Below are positions 24,777 to 32,000 of a stretch of 32,000 nucleotides of DNA, piece after piece. Made by a program: the position numbers and the translations under genes. A model generated the notes under the pieces. That model had not been told where the DNA came from. It ran no database searches and was given only the letters and a program-made list of their open reading frames with translations. Source of the DNA: Planctopirus limnophila DSM 3776 (lineage in GTDB: Bacteria; Planctomycetota; Planctomycetia; Planctomycetales; Planctomycetaceae); contig NC_014148.1 in NCBI RefSeq assembly GCF_000092105.1, positions 1,200,001-1,232,000 of the forward strand, read 5' to 3'. How positions within the stretch are numbered: the stretch's first letter is position 1; every line of letters starts with the position of its first letter.

Positions 24777-25235
24777 TCACCTACCGTCAACCTCCAATGG
24801 AGTTCCGTTCGCCACAATCTCAATCCTATTCTTACACTCCTCGAATAAAGGAAATGAAGCAGATGTTAATCGCGTTCGAGACACATATAAATAGCGAATC
24901 TTCTCACTACGAACAATCGCCTTGAACGATTCATCACCAAAAACGCTATCAGATAACTCAAGAAAGTCCACATTTGGAAAGTGCTTAAGAAGATCCTCTA
25001 GTCCGTCATCAACACCAGTTGCAAATGGTATCTGCAAGGCTTTCACGGAGGCAAACACGCCATTCACGTCAATATCCCTCATGTCTATGTTCCTCTTTTT
25101 GAAAGACGTCAAATACACGGCCTTGAGACTTGGGAGGCGAGGCTCGCTGAAAACCTGCTCAAACCACCAATAGGGTATTGAAATTGCCGCTGGCTTCTGC
25201 TTTTCAATGGCTTTCAAGTCAGAGAATGTCGGCAC
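24777..25235 (-). CDS. Leucine-rich-repeat-like protein (152 aa), probably the C-terminal part of a split lipoprotein gene
   Basis: LRR-like periodicity is visible (LKAVYLTSF, IDVNGVFASVKALQIPF, FPNVDFLELSDSVFGDESFKAI, IRYLYVSRTRLTSASF). The only start is GTG at 25235, which lies 19 nt inside the upstream ORF. Confidence 0.55.
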   Translation of the reverse strand: MPTFSDLKAIEKQKPAAISIPYWWFEQVFSEPRLPSLKAVYLTSFKKRNIDMRDIDVNGVFASVKALQIPFATGVDDGLEDLLKHFPNVDFLELSDSVFGDESFKAIVRSEKIRYLYVSRTRLTSASFPLFEECKNRIEIVANGTPLEVDGR

Positions 25236-25450
25236 CGGTGGAAAAAAAGTCGCTCACCATACGGCGACGGAAGGGGCATGGCTCCAGCAGGTGGATCAAA
25301 GCCTTCACGATAAACAGTTAATAGTTCGCCAGCGGCTTCAGGTTGGCTATTGTAGCTGCTCGAAGGTCCCTTTGGGCCGCAGCCTGCCACCAATATCAGA
25401 TATGCTGCCAAAGCTGGCATCCCGAGCAACACAGAACAACGCACGATCAT
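25214..25450 (-). CDS. Lipoprotein signal-peptide ORF (78 aa), probably the N-terminal part of the split gene
   Basis: ATG at 25450 and lipobox LILVAGC. The frame ends 8 codons after a T7 run. The -1 frame continues into the LRR ORF. Confidence 0.5.
   Translation of the reverse strand: MIVRCSVLLGMPALAAYLILVAGCGPKGPSSSYNSQPEAAGELLTVYREGFDPPAGAMPLPSPYGERLFFHRCRHSLT
25241..25249 (-). other. T7 homopolymer / T_TTT_TTC slippery heptamer at the junction of the two overlapping ORFs
   Basis: The minus strand reads CGA CTT TTT TTC CAC in the upstream frame. One extra T or a -1 slip gives ...LFF PPVPTFSDLK..., in frame with the LRR ORF. Confidence 0.6.
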
Positions 25451-25483
25451 GATTAACCCACCTATGTTTTAAAGCACTTCAGG

Positions 25484-25643
25484 GCAGGGTGGCCCAGACG
25501 TGGCTTTGCACGTCTGGGTTACGATAGGAACAAGAAACACCGAATAAACGCAATGAGTCCTGACCCTTTCGATATTCCTCAATCTCGCACGGCAGGCTCC
25601 CGCCTGCTGGCTGAGTATGCCACACTCGCTGGACTCATTCCAG
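25484..25643 (+). repeat. X composite repeat, copy 1 (GCAGGGTGG head + CCCAGACGTG hairpin + spacer + REP-d unit)
   Basis: It is nearly identical to 28602-28760 by hand alignment. The hairpin is CCCAGACGTG-gctttg-CACGTCTGGG. Confidence 0.85.
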
Positions 25644-25657
25644 AAAGACAGGTACCC

Positions 25658-25855
25658 CCGCAGGGTGGCACAGGTTGCTCGTCTGCGAGCTACCTGTGTG
25701 CCGGAGGCAGGGGAGGTTTGATTGCTGCAAGCATGGCAATACGAGTCTTTGAGGATCATTAACGGAATTCGAGCAGATTTGCGGTTCTGCCAATGCCCTA
25801 TTGCGGCTTCACCACCCCGGTAGAAATCAGAATGTCAACCGGAGCCACCCTGCGG
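25658..25855 (+). repeat. F1 composite structured repeat, copy E
   Basis: It has a perfect 12-bp closing stem, CCGCAGGGTGGC paired with GCCACCCTGCGG. The 3' hairpin has two substitutions. Confidence 0.85.
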
Positions 25856-25978
25856 CAACATCCCCAGATCGGCCACAAACCACACCAGAGTATAGACCAG
25901 CGTCACAATCAAAAGCTGGGTGATCTGTGGAGACCATTGCCTGAGGAGGAAAGGGATCGAATGCTCTGTCCTACTCAT
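25835..25978 (-). CDS. Possible 47-aa single-TM micro-protein
   Basis: MSRTEHSIPFLLRQWSPQITQLLIVTLVYTLVWFVADLGMLPQGGSG. It lies 58 nt downstream of the 742-aa gene, has only a weak RBS, and terminates inside the 3' hairpin of F1 copy E. It is below the ORF-track cutoff. Confidence 0.2.
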   Translation of the reverse strand: MSRTEHSIPFLLRQWSPQITQLLIVTLVYTLVWFVADLGMLPQGGSG

Positions 25979-26036
25979 CAGCCACTACCTGATTCTGATT
26001 GATGCAACCGTTATCGAGGAGTTGTACGCGGATCGG

Positions 26037-28265
26037 TCACCATCCGTTGTTGTGCTCGATCAGAAAACGCAATTCGTGGGCCATGAGCGTTGCTGAAAAT
26101 CGTTGGACCGATCCATCCGCGAGGAGTGCCAGAAAACCTCGATCGCCGACTTTGCCCAGGCCTTGTGCCGGGTTGGGCTTCTCGTAGGTCAAGCCGCCGG
26201 GTTTGGTCCAGATTGTCGCCTGATCGGCTCCCGCCTGGACGACGAGAATCGTATGCATGGTGCTGTCGCGGAGAGCCTTCAGCGGGAGTCCTTCGTCGCC
26301 GCCGAGCGGTGTCCCTTCTCCCATGAAGACTTGAAAAGGTGTCTTCGTCGGGTCGGCGACAAGATCCGAATGGAAAACTTCGGGCATCTGTTGCACGAGC
26401 TTCAAGTTGTGCTCGCTGTCCCAGGGCTCATCAAGATGAAACTCGTTGTATAAATCGGCTCGGCCCAGAAAGGGGAGCAAATGGACCCGCCAGCTCAAGC
26501 CTCCTTTGTCGCCGACTTCCGGTCCCTGCGAGTTTGAGGGGAATCGATGGTGGATGTCGTGATATCGATGCAGGGCCAGGCCAATCTGCTTCAAAGAGTT
26601 TCGTTCGCTCTTGGCAAACAATTCGCGGCCCAGTTTCTCGAACAGAGGTTGGGCGAGATCAGGGAGCGTTTTGATGTTCGCGGGTGCGAGCACCGTCAAG
26701 ACGATGTGTGCCCCTTCCTGCCTGACGACGACACCTTTCAGGCTGTTGACGACAAAATCGACCAATGGAGCCCCCGCGGCGGATTCGATCAGGCCCGGGA
26801 CGACCGCCCTGGCGATGTTCAACTGCTTCCGCAGTTCCTCAGTGGCCACTGCCGATGCTTCTGGTTGACGGGTCAGCAGTTCCACTCGCGCCAATGAACT
26901 CCCCGCAGTCCCTCGGCTCAGAGTGGCATCAATCACGATAGACTCGAATTTCCGGAGCTGATCCGCCTGCGGAAAGAATGTGGCCATTTTTACCCAAAGA
27001 GCATCCTGCGACTTGATATCGACCGCGATGGAGAGATCATCGGTGCCACTGAGTCGATCGACCAGCGCATGCGGTGTCATCGTGGTGGCTGTGCCGGTTC
27101 TCAGGCGGGATTGCAGCGTTTCGTAGTTTCCCATGACGACCGTGGTCGGCGTGGGTGCCCACAGGCCGACGCCATCTTTCAGGTAAACTGTCTCGCCATT
27201 GATGGTGGTCCACTCATTCGCGGATCGCTCCATGTGATGGGCGGCGACCGGTTCCTTGAGAGTCGCGACGAAGGTGGGGAGAGGTTGTAAGGGATTTGAT
27301 GGAGCGTAGACCCCTCGGAAGTCAAGCCATTCACCGCCGCGTGCCGTCATGAAGGCGACCAGATCCTGATCGCGGATGTTGGGCGAGGCCTTCAGGATTC
27401 TCCCCGACAACATCACGATGGGCCGACCTTCGGAGGGAATCCCGCCGAGGGACTGACGCACATGATCAAGGTCGATGGGCAAGCCGCCGGGCTTTGTCCA
27501 TTCGGTGGCCAGCGATTGATCGGCCACCACAATCATGATTGTGCTATCATGACCATCCCTGTCGTCACGTAACGAGGGGCCTCGCGCCATACCATTCTGG
27601 AAGGCGAGTTTCTCACCCACCGGCAGGTGCATGGAGGTCTTACCTGGTTCGGTGACGCCCGCTGTGGCGAAGACCTTGGGCATCCTGGGGATTAACGTTT
27701 TGTTGTGCGGACTATCCCAGGGTTCATCGAAGTGAAATTGTTTGTAGAGTTCCAACTCGTCGAGCAGGGGGAGCAAATGGACCCGCCAGCTCAAGCCGGT
27801 GGCTTTTCCCTCAGCGTCACCATCCGGCCTTGGTAGCAGAGAATTCCAGCCGCTGGCGTGGTTATGCATAGCGAGATCGACCTTTAAAAGACCCCACAAC
27901 GGATCGCGCGTCCTGTCGGGCTTTTTCACTTCGCCGCCAAGCTTGGCCAGTTGTGCCCATTGGTCGACGACGGGTTGATCGACGGCAATCAGCAAGCGTT
28001 CGATATAGGCGGGATTTTGAAGGAATGGCCAATTCATGAGTGGCGATTCAGCCAGCAGCCCCGCACCTTCGGCTTGTCGATACAGGGGCGACTCCACGAC
28101 GTTCCGCAGCCGGACCGAAGCCACAGCCACACTGTTGTTCGGAAGATACTTCTGCTCAGGAAACATCTCGCTGGCAGCGGCGATGTGCGACAAGCCCACG
28201 AAAAGGCCATCAGCCATCGGGAAACTGCCACACAGTGCGGCCATGATCCAAAACGTGCGACGCAT
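26037..28265 (-). CDS. Secreted protein with two tandem DUF1559-like modules and no prepilin leader
   Basis: ATG at 28265 with AAGGGTG 5-6 nt upstream and signal peptide MRRTFWIMAALCGSFPMA. The module hallmarks are duplicated: LSWRVHLLPLLDELELYKQFHFDEPWDSPHNK vs LSWRVHLLPFLGRADLYNEFHLDEPWDSEHNL, and TEWTKPGG vs TIWTKPGG. The C-terminus carries LLADGSVQRFS. Confidence 0.85.
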   Translation of the reverse strand: MRRTFWIMAALCGSFPMADGLFVGLSHIAAASEMFPEQKYLPNNSVAVASVRLRNVVESPLYRQAEGAGLLAESPLMNWPFLQNPAYIERLLIAVDQPVVDQWAQLAKLGGEVKKPDRTRDPLWGLLKVDLAMHNHASGWNSLLPRPDGDAEGKATGLSWRVHLLPLLDELELYKQFHFDEPWDSPHNKTLIPRMPKVFATAGVTEPGKTSMHLPVGEKLAFQNGMARGPSLRDDRDGHDSTIMIVVADQSLATEWTKPGGLPIDLDHVRQSLGGIPSEGRPIVMLSGRILKASPNIRDQDLVAFMTARGGEWLDFRGVYAPSNPLQPLPTFVATLKEPVAAHHMERSANEWTTINGETVYLKDGVGLWAPTPTTVVMGNYETLQSRLRTGTATTMTPHALVDRLSGTDDLSIAVDIKSQDALWVKMATFFPQADQLRKFESIVIDATLSRGTAGSSLARVELLTRQPEASAVATEELRKQLNIARAVVPGLIESAAGAPLVDFVVNSLKGVVVRQEGAHIVLTVLAPANIKTLPDLAQPLFEKLGRELFAKSERNSLKQIGLALHRYHDIHHRFPSNSQGPEVGDKGGLSWRVHLLPFLGRADLYNEFHLDEPWDSEHNLKLVQQMPEVFHSDLVADPTKTPFQVFMGEGTPLGGDEGLPLKALRDSTMHTILVVQAGADQATIWTKPGGLTYEKPNPAQGLGKVGDRGFLALLADGSVQRFSATLMAHELRFLIEHNNGW

Positions 28266-28476
28266 GATTCACCCTTCATTCTCGAACACAGACGTGCCGC
28301 TGGCACAGGGGAAGAATTCCCGAAGAGAGGTTCGCGACGGGGCGCACGCCGCTCGTATTAATCTCACCATTTACCAATCCACCGGCAAGAAGAATTCCGT
28401 TCAGTATCCCGTGATTTTCAAAGAATGATGCCCGCAACATCGCCTCCCCCAAAACAACGAGCCGGACGAGCATTCC

Positions 28477-28499
28477 GTAGGGTCCGCTGTGCGGACCAT
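28477..28499 (+). repeat. REP-a
   Basis: GTAGGGTCCGCTGTGCGGACCAT. Confidence 0.8.
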
Positions 28500-28533
28500 A
28501 TTCCGCCCGCCACCACCCGCGACACCTTCAAAA

Positions 28534-28555
28534 GTAGGGTGCATGCCAATGCACC
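28534..28555 (+). repeat. REP-c, short-loop variant
   Basis: GTAGGGTGCATGCCAATGCACC. Confidence 0.75.
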
Positions 28556-28601
28556 AATTCGGGCTGCCACTATGAGACCAGTGCCTTCCGAAGACTTCAC
28601 G

Positions 28602-28760
28602 GCAGGGTGGCCCAGACGTGGCTTTGCACGTCTGGGTGACGATAGGAACAAGAAACACCGAATAAACGCAATGAGTCCTGACCCCGTCGATATTCCTTAG
28701 TCTCGCAGGCCAGGCTCCCGCCTGCCGGCTGAATATGCCATACTCTTTGGACTCAATCCA
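28602..28760 (+). repeat. X composite repeat, copy 2
   Basis: This is a direct repeat of 25484-25643. Together the two bracket F1-E, the 47-codon ORF and the 742-aa gene. Confidence 0.85.
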
Positions 28761-28791
28761 ACGATCTGATTGGAGGCTGTTGGGCATGAAG

Positions 28792-28810
28792 GACAGGCGC
28801 GAGCCTGCCC
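28792..28810 (-). repeat. REP-d-like core, inverted variant
   Basis: GACAGGCGCGAGCCTGCCC. Confidence 0.5.
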
Positions 28811-28936
28811 GACTTTACTGGAATCATCGATCATCGCATCCGGGGGGGGGCGATCTGGACTGGTTTCACCACTCCCTCCGACCTACATCATTTTTTTGAA
28901 TTGATCTCGCTCCCGATCGCGAGATCCATAATGAGA

Positions 28937-28967
28937 GTGCCCGTCGCTGACGCTTCTCGCTTTGTTG
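28937..28967 (-). repeat. R4 module, inverted diverged copy
   Basis: The plus strand reads GTGCCCGTCGCTGACGCTTCTCGCTTTGTTG. Confidence 0.6.
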
Positions 28968-29195
28968 GGCCAGGCCGGGAGAGTATTTAATGGCGAAGCC
29001 AATCGAAGAGCCTATCAGACGCTGAATACTCTATTGACGTGAACTGGCAGTACAGGTATTACCCCGGCGGTATGGAGTTGTAAAAACGTTGCAGCCCGTC
29101 AAATGATGCGTGTTTGACGGCGTTTTGGACGGGGCTTCTTGGGCGTTTACCCCTGCTGATTGGAAGTACCTTGCGGTTGAGGAGTCGGCGAAACC

Positions 29196-29678
29196 ATGTT
29201 CACCCGGCTGTTGGGGATGACCGCACTGGCGATCGCAGTGATCAGTTTCTCGGGTTGCAGCCTGCTGATTGCAAATTCCGGCATCGTGCTTCGTGATCTT
29301 GATACGCGGCAGATGGTGCATGACCGTCTCGGTCAACCGGACAATGTTTCCGTCGTCGATCTGGTCGATCCCCGCAGTGAAAAGATCCGCCAGTTTGAAG
29401 TCGAGCAGTATCATGTTCATGCCAAGTTTAATACAGCCATGCCCATGGGATCTTCGTCAGGATTGATTTTCTTCATTGAGCCAATCATGACATGCATTGC
29501 ACTTTACGATGCTGCGAAAGAAGTAGCCGTTGGCCACTCCCTGGAATTCGTTTATGACGAGCACGGGAACACGATCGGCCATCAATATCCTCAACCATTC
29601 GACGGTTCCGGGCGGTCAAGTTCCAGTGAGAGCAATGTGCTGAACTGGAAGCGGGCGGACGAAGCTAGCCAACCTTAG
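29196..29678 (+). CDS. Lipoprotein, hypothetical (160 aa)
   Basis: ATG at 29196 with GAGGAG ~11-13 nt upstream, signal plus lipobox ALAIAVISFSGC, and a Ser-rich C-terminus. Confidence 0.7.
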   Translation: MFTRLLGMTALAIAVISFSGCSLLIANSGIVLRDLDTRQMVHDRLGQPDNVSVVDLVDPRSEKIRQFEVEQYHVHAKFNTAMPMGSSSGLIFFIEPIMTCIALYDAAKEVAVGHSLEFVYDEHGNTIGHQYPQPFDGSGRSSSSESNVLNWKRADEASQP

Positions 29679-29689
29679 CAGCCTCACAC

Positions 29690-29795
29690 GGCAGGCCCCC
29701 ACCTGCCATCCCACTCCCCAAACGGACATCGCCAACCCAAAAACAACGAGCCGGAAGCGTAAGCGACGGGCATTTAGCATTTACTTCGGTAGAGC
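29690..29795 (+). repeat. U composite unit, copy 3
   Basis: The module order is the same. It starts 12 nt after the lipoprotein stop codon. Confidence 0.8.
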
Positions 29796-29877
29796 GTAGG
29801 GCAGGCTCCCGCCTGCCGACTGGGTATGCCACACTTTTTGGACTCGATCCAGAAAGACAGGCACCCACGAGCCCGCT
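29796..29877 (+). repeat. REP-d with 3' extension
   Basis: Its 3' end reaches the first base (29877) of the stop codon (29877-29879) of the convergent 501-aa gene. Confidence 0.8.
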
Positions 29878-31382
29878 CAGCCCTTCGGTAGTTCCAGCGG
29901 ACGTCCCAGCAGATGCCGCAGACAGCACTCCAGATCGGTAAATCGAAACTGATAGCCCGTCGAAAGCAGTCTGACGGGTTGCACATGGCTGCTCGCAAAG
30001 AGCAGGTCGTGTGCCATTTCCCCCAAGGCCATTCGGGCGGCGAACTCTGGTAATGGCACGCAGGCATACCGTTTCATCACTCGGGCCAGCACTTGTGTGA
30101 ATTCCCGATTTGTCACCGCCTGGGGAGCTGTCGCATTCACGGGCCCTGCTAAACTCGGAGTCGCGATCGAGTGCAAAATCGCCCCGCACAAATCATCCAC
30201 CGAAATCCAGCTCCAATACTGCGAGCCATTCCCAGCGACACCGCCGGCACCCCACCAGAACGGTGTCAGCAACTTCTGCAAAGCCCCTCCTCGTGGTGTC
30301 AGGACAATCCCAATCCGCAGATTGACCACGCGAATCCCCGCCTTCCGCGCAGGCTCGCACGCCTCTTCCCAGGCTTCGCTCACTTCGGGGAGAAATCCCT
30401 GCCCCGCGGCCGATTCTTCGGTCAACACCTCGTCACCGCGATCGCCATAAAAGCCAATGGCAGAAGCACACACCAGGACGGCGGGTGGCTCCTTAAGCGC
30501 TGCCAGTCTTTCGCACAACTTCCGCGTTCCCACCACCCGGCTGTCACGAATTCGCTGCTTGAACGCCGGTGTCCAGTGTCCTCCGGCTATGTTCTCACCC
30601 GCCAGATGCACGACTGCTTCGACGCCATCGAGCGAACCCTCCTGCACCTCACCCGATTCCGAGTTCCAGATCACATCGGGTAATCCGGTCGCATACACCT
30701 GGGGAGTTGGCTTTCTCAATAGCCGTGCGACGCGATGCCCCTGCGTTGTCAACATGGGGATCAGCGTCGAAGCGACTAAGCCTGTAGCCCCCGATACCAG
30801 CACCTTCCGGCTGGAAAAACCCGACTCATGCAGTTGCTTCCACTGAGTCAGATCCATCAGCGTCGTGCGATGGCGATAGCCGAACATTGTGGCCAGCTTC
30901 TGCTCGACAAACGATCCTCCCAGCCACGCCCCCAATGATCCTCCCGGCAATCGATAACTGATCTCATCCGTCAATTGAGATTCATTGACGCCCAGATTCG
31001 CAAAGCGATGGCGATGCTCGAAGTGAGCAAACGGCCCCCGCACCTGGATGTCGCGAAACTCCTGCCCCCAGACACAGTGGCTATGCCTGGCAACCCATGT
31101 CTGCCGCATCCCAGCTGCAGGAACCGACAGCACCACCTCACCCGCGTTGTCGATGCCACCGGTTCGCGAGATCACACGGATCTCTTCCCAGGGCGGCGTC
31201 AATCTCTCGAGTGCACCCGGAGCCGCATGCCACTCAAACGCTCTCTCGGCACTCACCGGCAGCACCACCGAGCGTTGGAACGATTGAAGATGGACAGGCA
31301 GAGTGGCCTCTGTGGTCAATGTTTGCTCGATCGCTGTCGCTGCATGACTGGCCAAGATGTCTCTCCCACTGCAGTTATTCAC
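29877..31382 (-). CDS. SRPBCC-domain / TIGR01777 (YfcH-like, DUF1731) epimerase-family fusion protein
   Basis: The N-terminal ~150 aa are START/SRPBCC-like (SAERAFEWHAAPGALERLTPPWE). They are followed by the Rossmann motif VLVSGATGLVAS, HLAGENI, and a C-terminal DUF1731-like LLFASSHVQPVRLLSTGYQF. The start is GTG at 31382 and uncertain. The stop abuts a REP-d unit. Confidence 0.85.
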   Translation of the reverse strand: MNNCSGRDILASHAATAIEQTLTTEATLPVHLQSFQRSVVLPVSAERAFEWHAAPGALERLTPPWEEIRVISRTGGIDNAGEVVLSVPAAGMRQTWVARHSHCVWGQEFRDIQVRGPFAHFEHRHRFANLGVNESQLTDEISYRLPGGSLGAWLGGSFVEQKLATMFGYRHRTTLMDLTQWKQLHESGFSSRKVLVSGATGLVASTLIPMLTTQGHRVARLLRKPTPQVYATGLPDVIWNSESGEVQEGSLDGVEAVVHLAGENIAGGHWTPAFKQRIRDSRVVGTRKLCERLAALKEPPAVLVCASAIGFYGDRGDEVLTEESAAGQGFLPEVSEAWEEACEPARKAGIRVVNLRIGIVLTPRGGALQKLLTPFWWGAGGVAGNGSQYWSWISVDDLCGAILHSIATPSLAGPVNATAPQAVTNREFTQVLARVMKRYACVPLPEFAARMALGEMAHDLLFASSHVQPVRLLSTGYQFRFTDLECCLRHLLGRPLELPKG

Positions 31383-31556
31383 TCACCAGGGGCACCTCTG
31401 GATTTAAATCAGTTCATGATCGGTTCATGATCAGGTCGGATCGTGAACGCTGCCCAATTCAAGTCCAAAGGAGGGGTGGCCCTCATGAATCGTCACACAT
31501 GAATCATATCACACACCGCCCCCACGACCCATCAGCACCACTTTTCCGGCAATCCC

Positions 31557-31579
31557 GTAGGGTCCGCTGTGCGGACCAT
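31557..31579 (+). repeat. REP-a
   Basis: GTAGGGTCCGCTGTGCGGACCAT. Confidence 0.8.
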
Positions 31580-31666
31580 ATTCCGCTCGGCTACCACTTT
31601 CTTGCCTGCCACCTTCTCGGGTGCCACTCCCTCGGGTCTAACTTTCGCGGGTGCCACTGCCGGCTT

Positions 31667-31684
31667 GCCAGCAGTGCTCCTCCC
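31667..31684 (-). repeat. H6 half copy
   Basis: GCCAGCAGTGCTCCTCCC. Confidence 0.6.
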
Positions 31685-31727
31685 ACCAACGAACAAGCAT
31701 ATCCCACGTCCACCCCGCATCTGCCAC

Positions 31728-31756
31728 CAACGAGCCGGAAGCGTAAGCGACGGGCA
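31728..31756 (+). repeat. R4 module
   Basis: CAACGAGCCGGAAGCGTAAGCGACGGGCA. Confidence 0.8.
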
Positions 31757-31812
31757 CTCGAGAGAGATCAATGGATCAAAGCCACGAAGCGTTCTAACAC
31801 GACGAAAGTCAA

Positions 31813-31842
31813 GTAGGGTGGGTTAAGTCTTCGCAACCCACC
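31813..31842 (+). repeat. REP-b
   Basis: GTAGGGTGGGTTAAGTCTTCGCAACCCACC. Confidence 0.8.
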
Positions 31843-31856
31843 AGCCCAGCAGCCCG

Positions 31857-31888
31857 GTAGGGTGGGTTAAGGCTTTGCGCAACCCACC
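31857..31888 (+). repeat. REP-b
   Basis: GTAGGGTGGGTTAAGGCTTTGCGCAACCCACC. It is in tandem with the previous copy. Confidence 0.8.
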
Positions 31889-31897
31889 AGCACCCTT

Positions 31898-31915
31898 GCC
31901 AGCAGTGCTCCTCCC
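31898..31915 (-). repeat. H6 half copy
   Basis: GCCAGCAGTGCTCCTCCC. Confidence 0.6.
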
Positions 31916-31935
31916 ACCCCGCACTCGACTCCCAG

Positions 31936-31962
31936 CCTTCGTGCTCTTCGTGAACTTCGTGG
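31936..31962 (+). repeat. T9 motif 18 nt upstream of the X-type head at the window edge
   Basis: CCTTCGTGCTCTTCGTGAACTTCGTGG. Confidence 0.7.
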
Positions 31963-31979
31963 TAGAATCACATTTCTTA

Positions 31980-32000
31980 CAGGGTGGCCAAAGGCGTATC
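31980..32000 (+). repeat. X/F1-type head (CAGGGTGGCC...) cut by the window edge
   Basis: CAGGGTGGCCAAAGGCGTATC. Only the head is visible. Confidence 0.4.

Noticed and set aside
24248-24925. 225-aa plus-strand ORF across the repeat mosaic
   Set aside because: It reads through the REP-c, U, REP-d, T9 and F1-D modules. The same modules are read in other frames elsewhere, so it is not coding. The same reasoning rejects 28401-28787, 31097-31816, 23796-24211 and the small ORFs at 203-883.
28832-28840. G9 homopolymer as a phase-variation switch
   Set aside because: It is intergenic, ~355 nt from the lipoprotein start and ~570 nt from the 742-aa gene start. That is too far to argue for promoter-spacer or frame effects from sequence alone.
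29877-31382. Multiple plus-strand ORFs (30097-30846, 30975-31430)
   Set aside because: All are antisense to the well-supported SRPBCC/epimerase-family gene and have R/P/S-rich, low-complexity products.

Overview
This 32-kb chromosomal segment has gene content that points to a Planctomycetota (Planctomycetaceae-like) genome. The indicative genes are two prepilin-leader DUF1559/H-X9-DG proteins with a CarboxypepD_reg-like lipoprotein, a leaderless double DUF1559-like protein, DUF1552, a YTV-type Cys-rich repeat protein, a CxPxR sulfatase and a 'small basic protein'. I call 24 CDS, including lpxB, an Ogt-type methyltransferase, an NSS/SNF transporter, a GH3-family adenylating enzyme and an SRPBCC+TIGR01777 fusion. 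I see no tRNA/rRNA, CRISPR, or transposase/integrase/cas gene. The unusual content is non-coding: nearly every intergenic gap is a mosaic of short palindromic repeats. At least six classes share a G(T/C)AGGG head followed by a class-specific GC-rich hairpin, which is the REP architecture known from RAYT systems, and they are concatenated into larger fixed units. The best candidate for something undescribed is F1, a ~180-205-nt composite with a closing stem, two conserved hairpins and a variable internal segment. It occurs five times in one orientation and brackets small opposite-strand ORF cassettes at two loci (6.58-7.77 kb and 24.55-25.86 kb). The first locus lies between ~140-155-nt direct repeats, one of which overlaps the 3' end of lpxB. 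Other points of interest are a lipoprotein/LRR ORF pair split at a T7 slippery heptamer and an NSS transporter with a ~190-aa periplasmic-loop insertion carrying two EF-hand-like loops. There is also a 61-Cys YTV protein built from two arrays of 48-nt repeats, and repeats that supply the stop codons or C-termini of several genes. All family names come from motif recognition by eye, no searches were run, and start codons are often uncertain.
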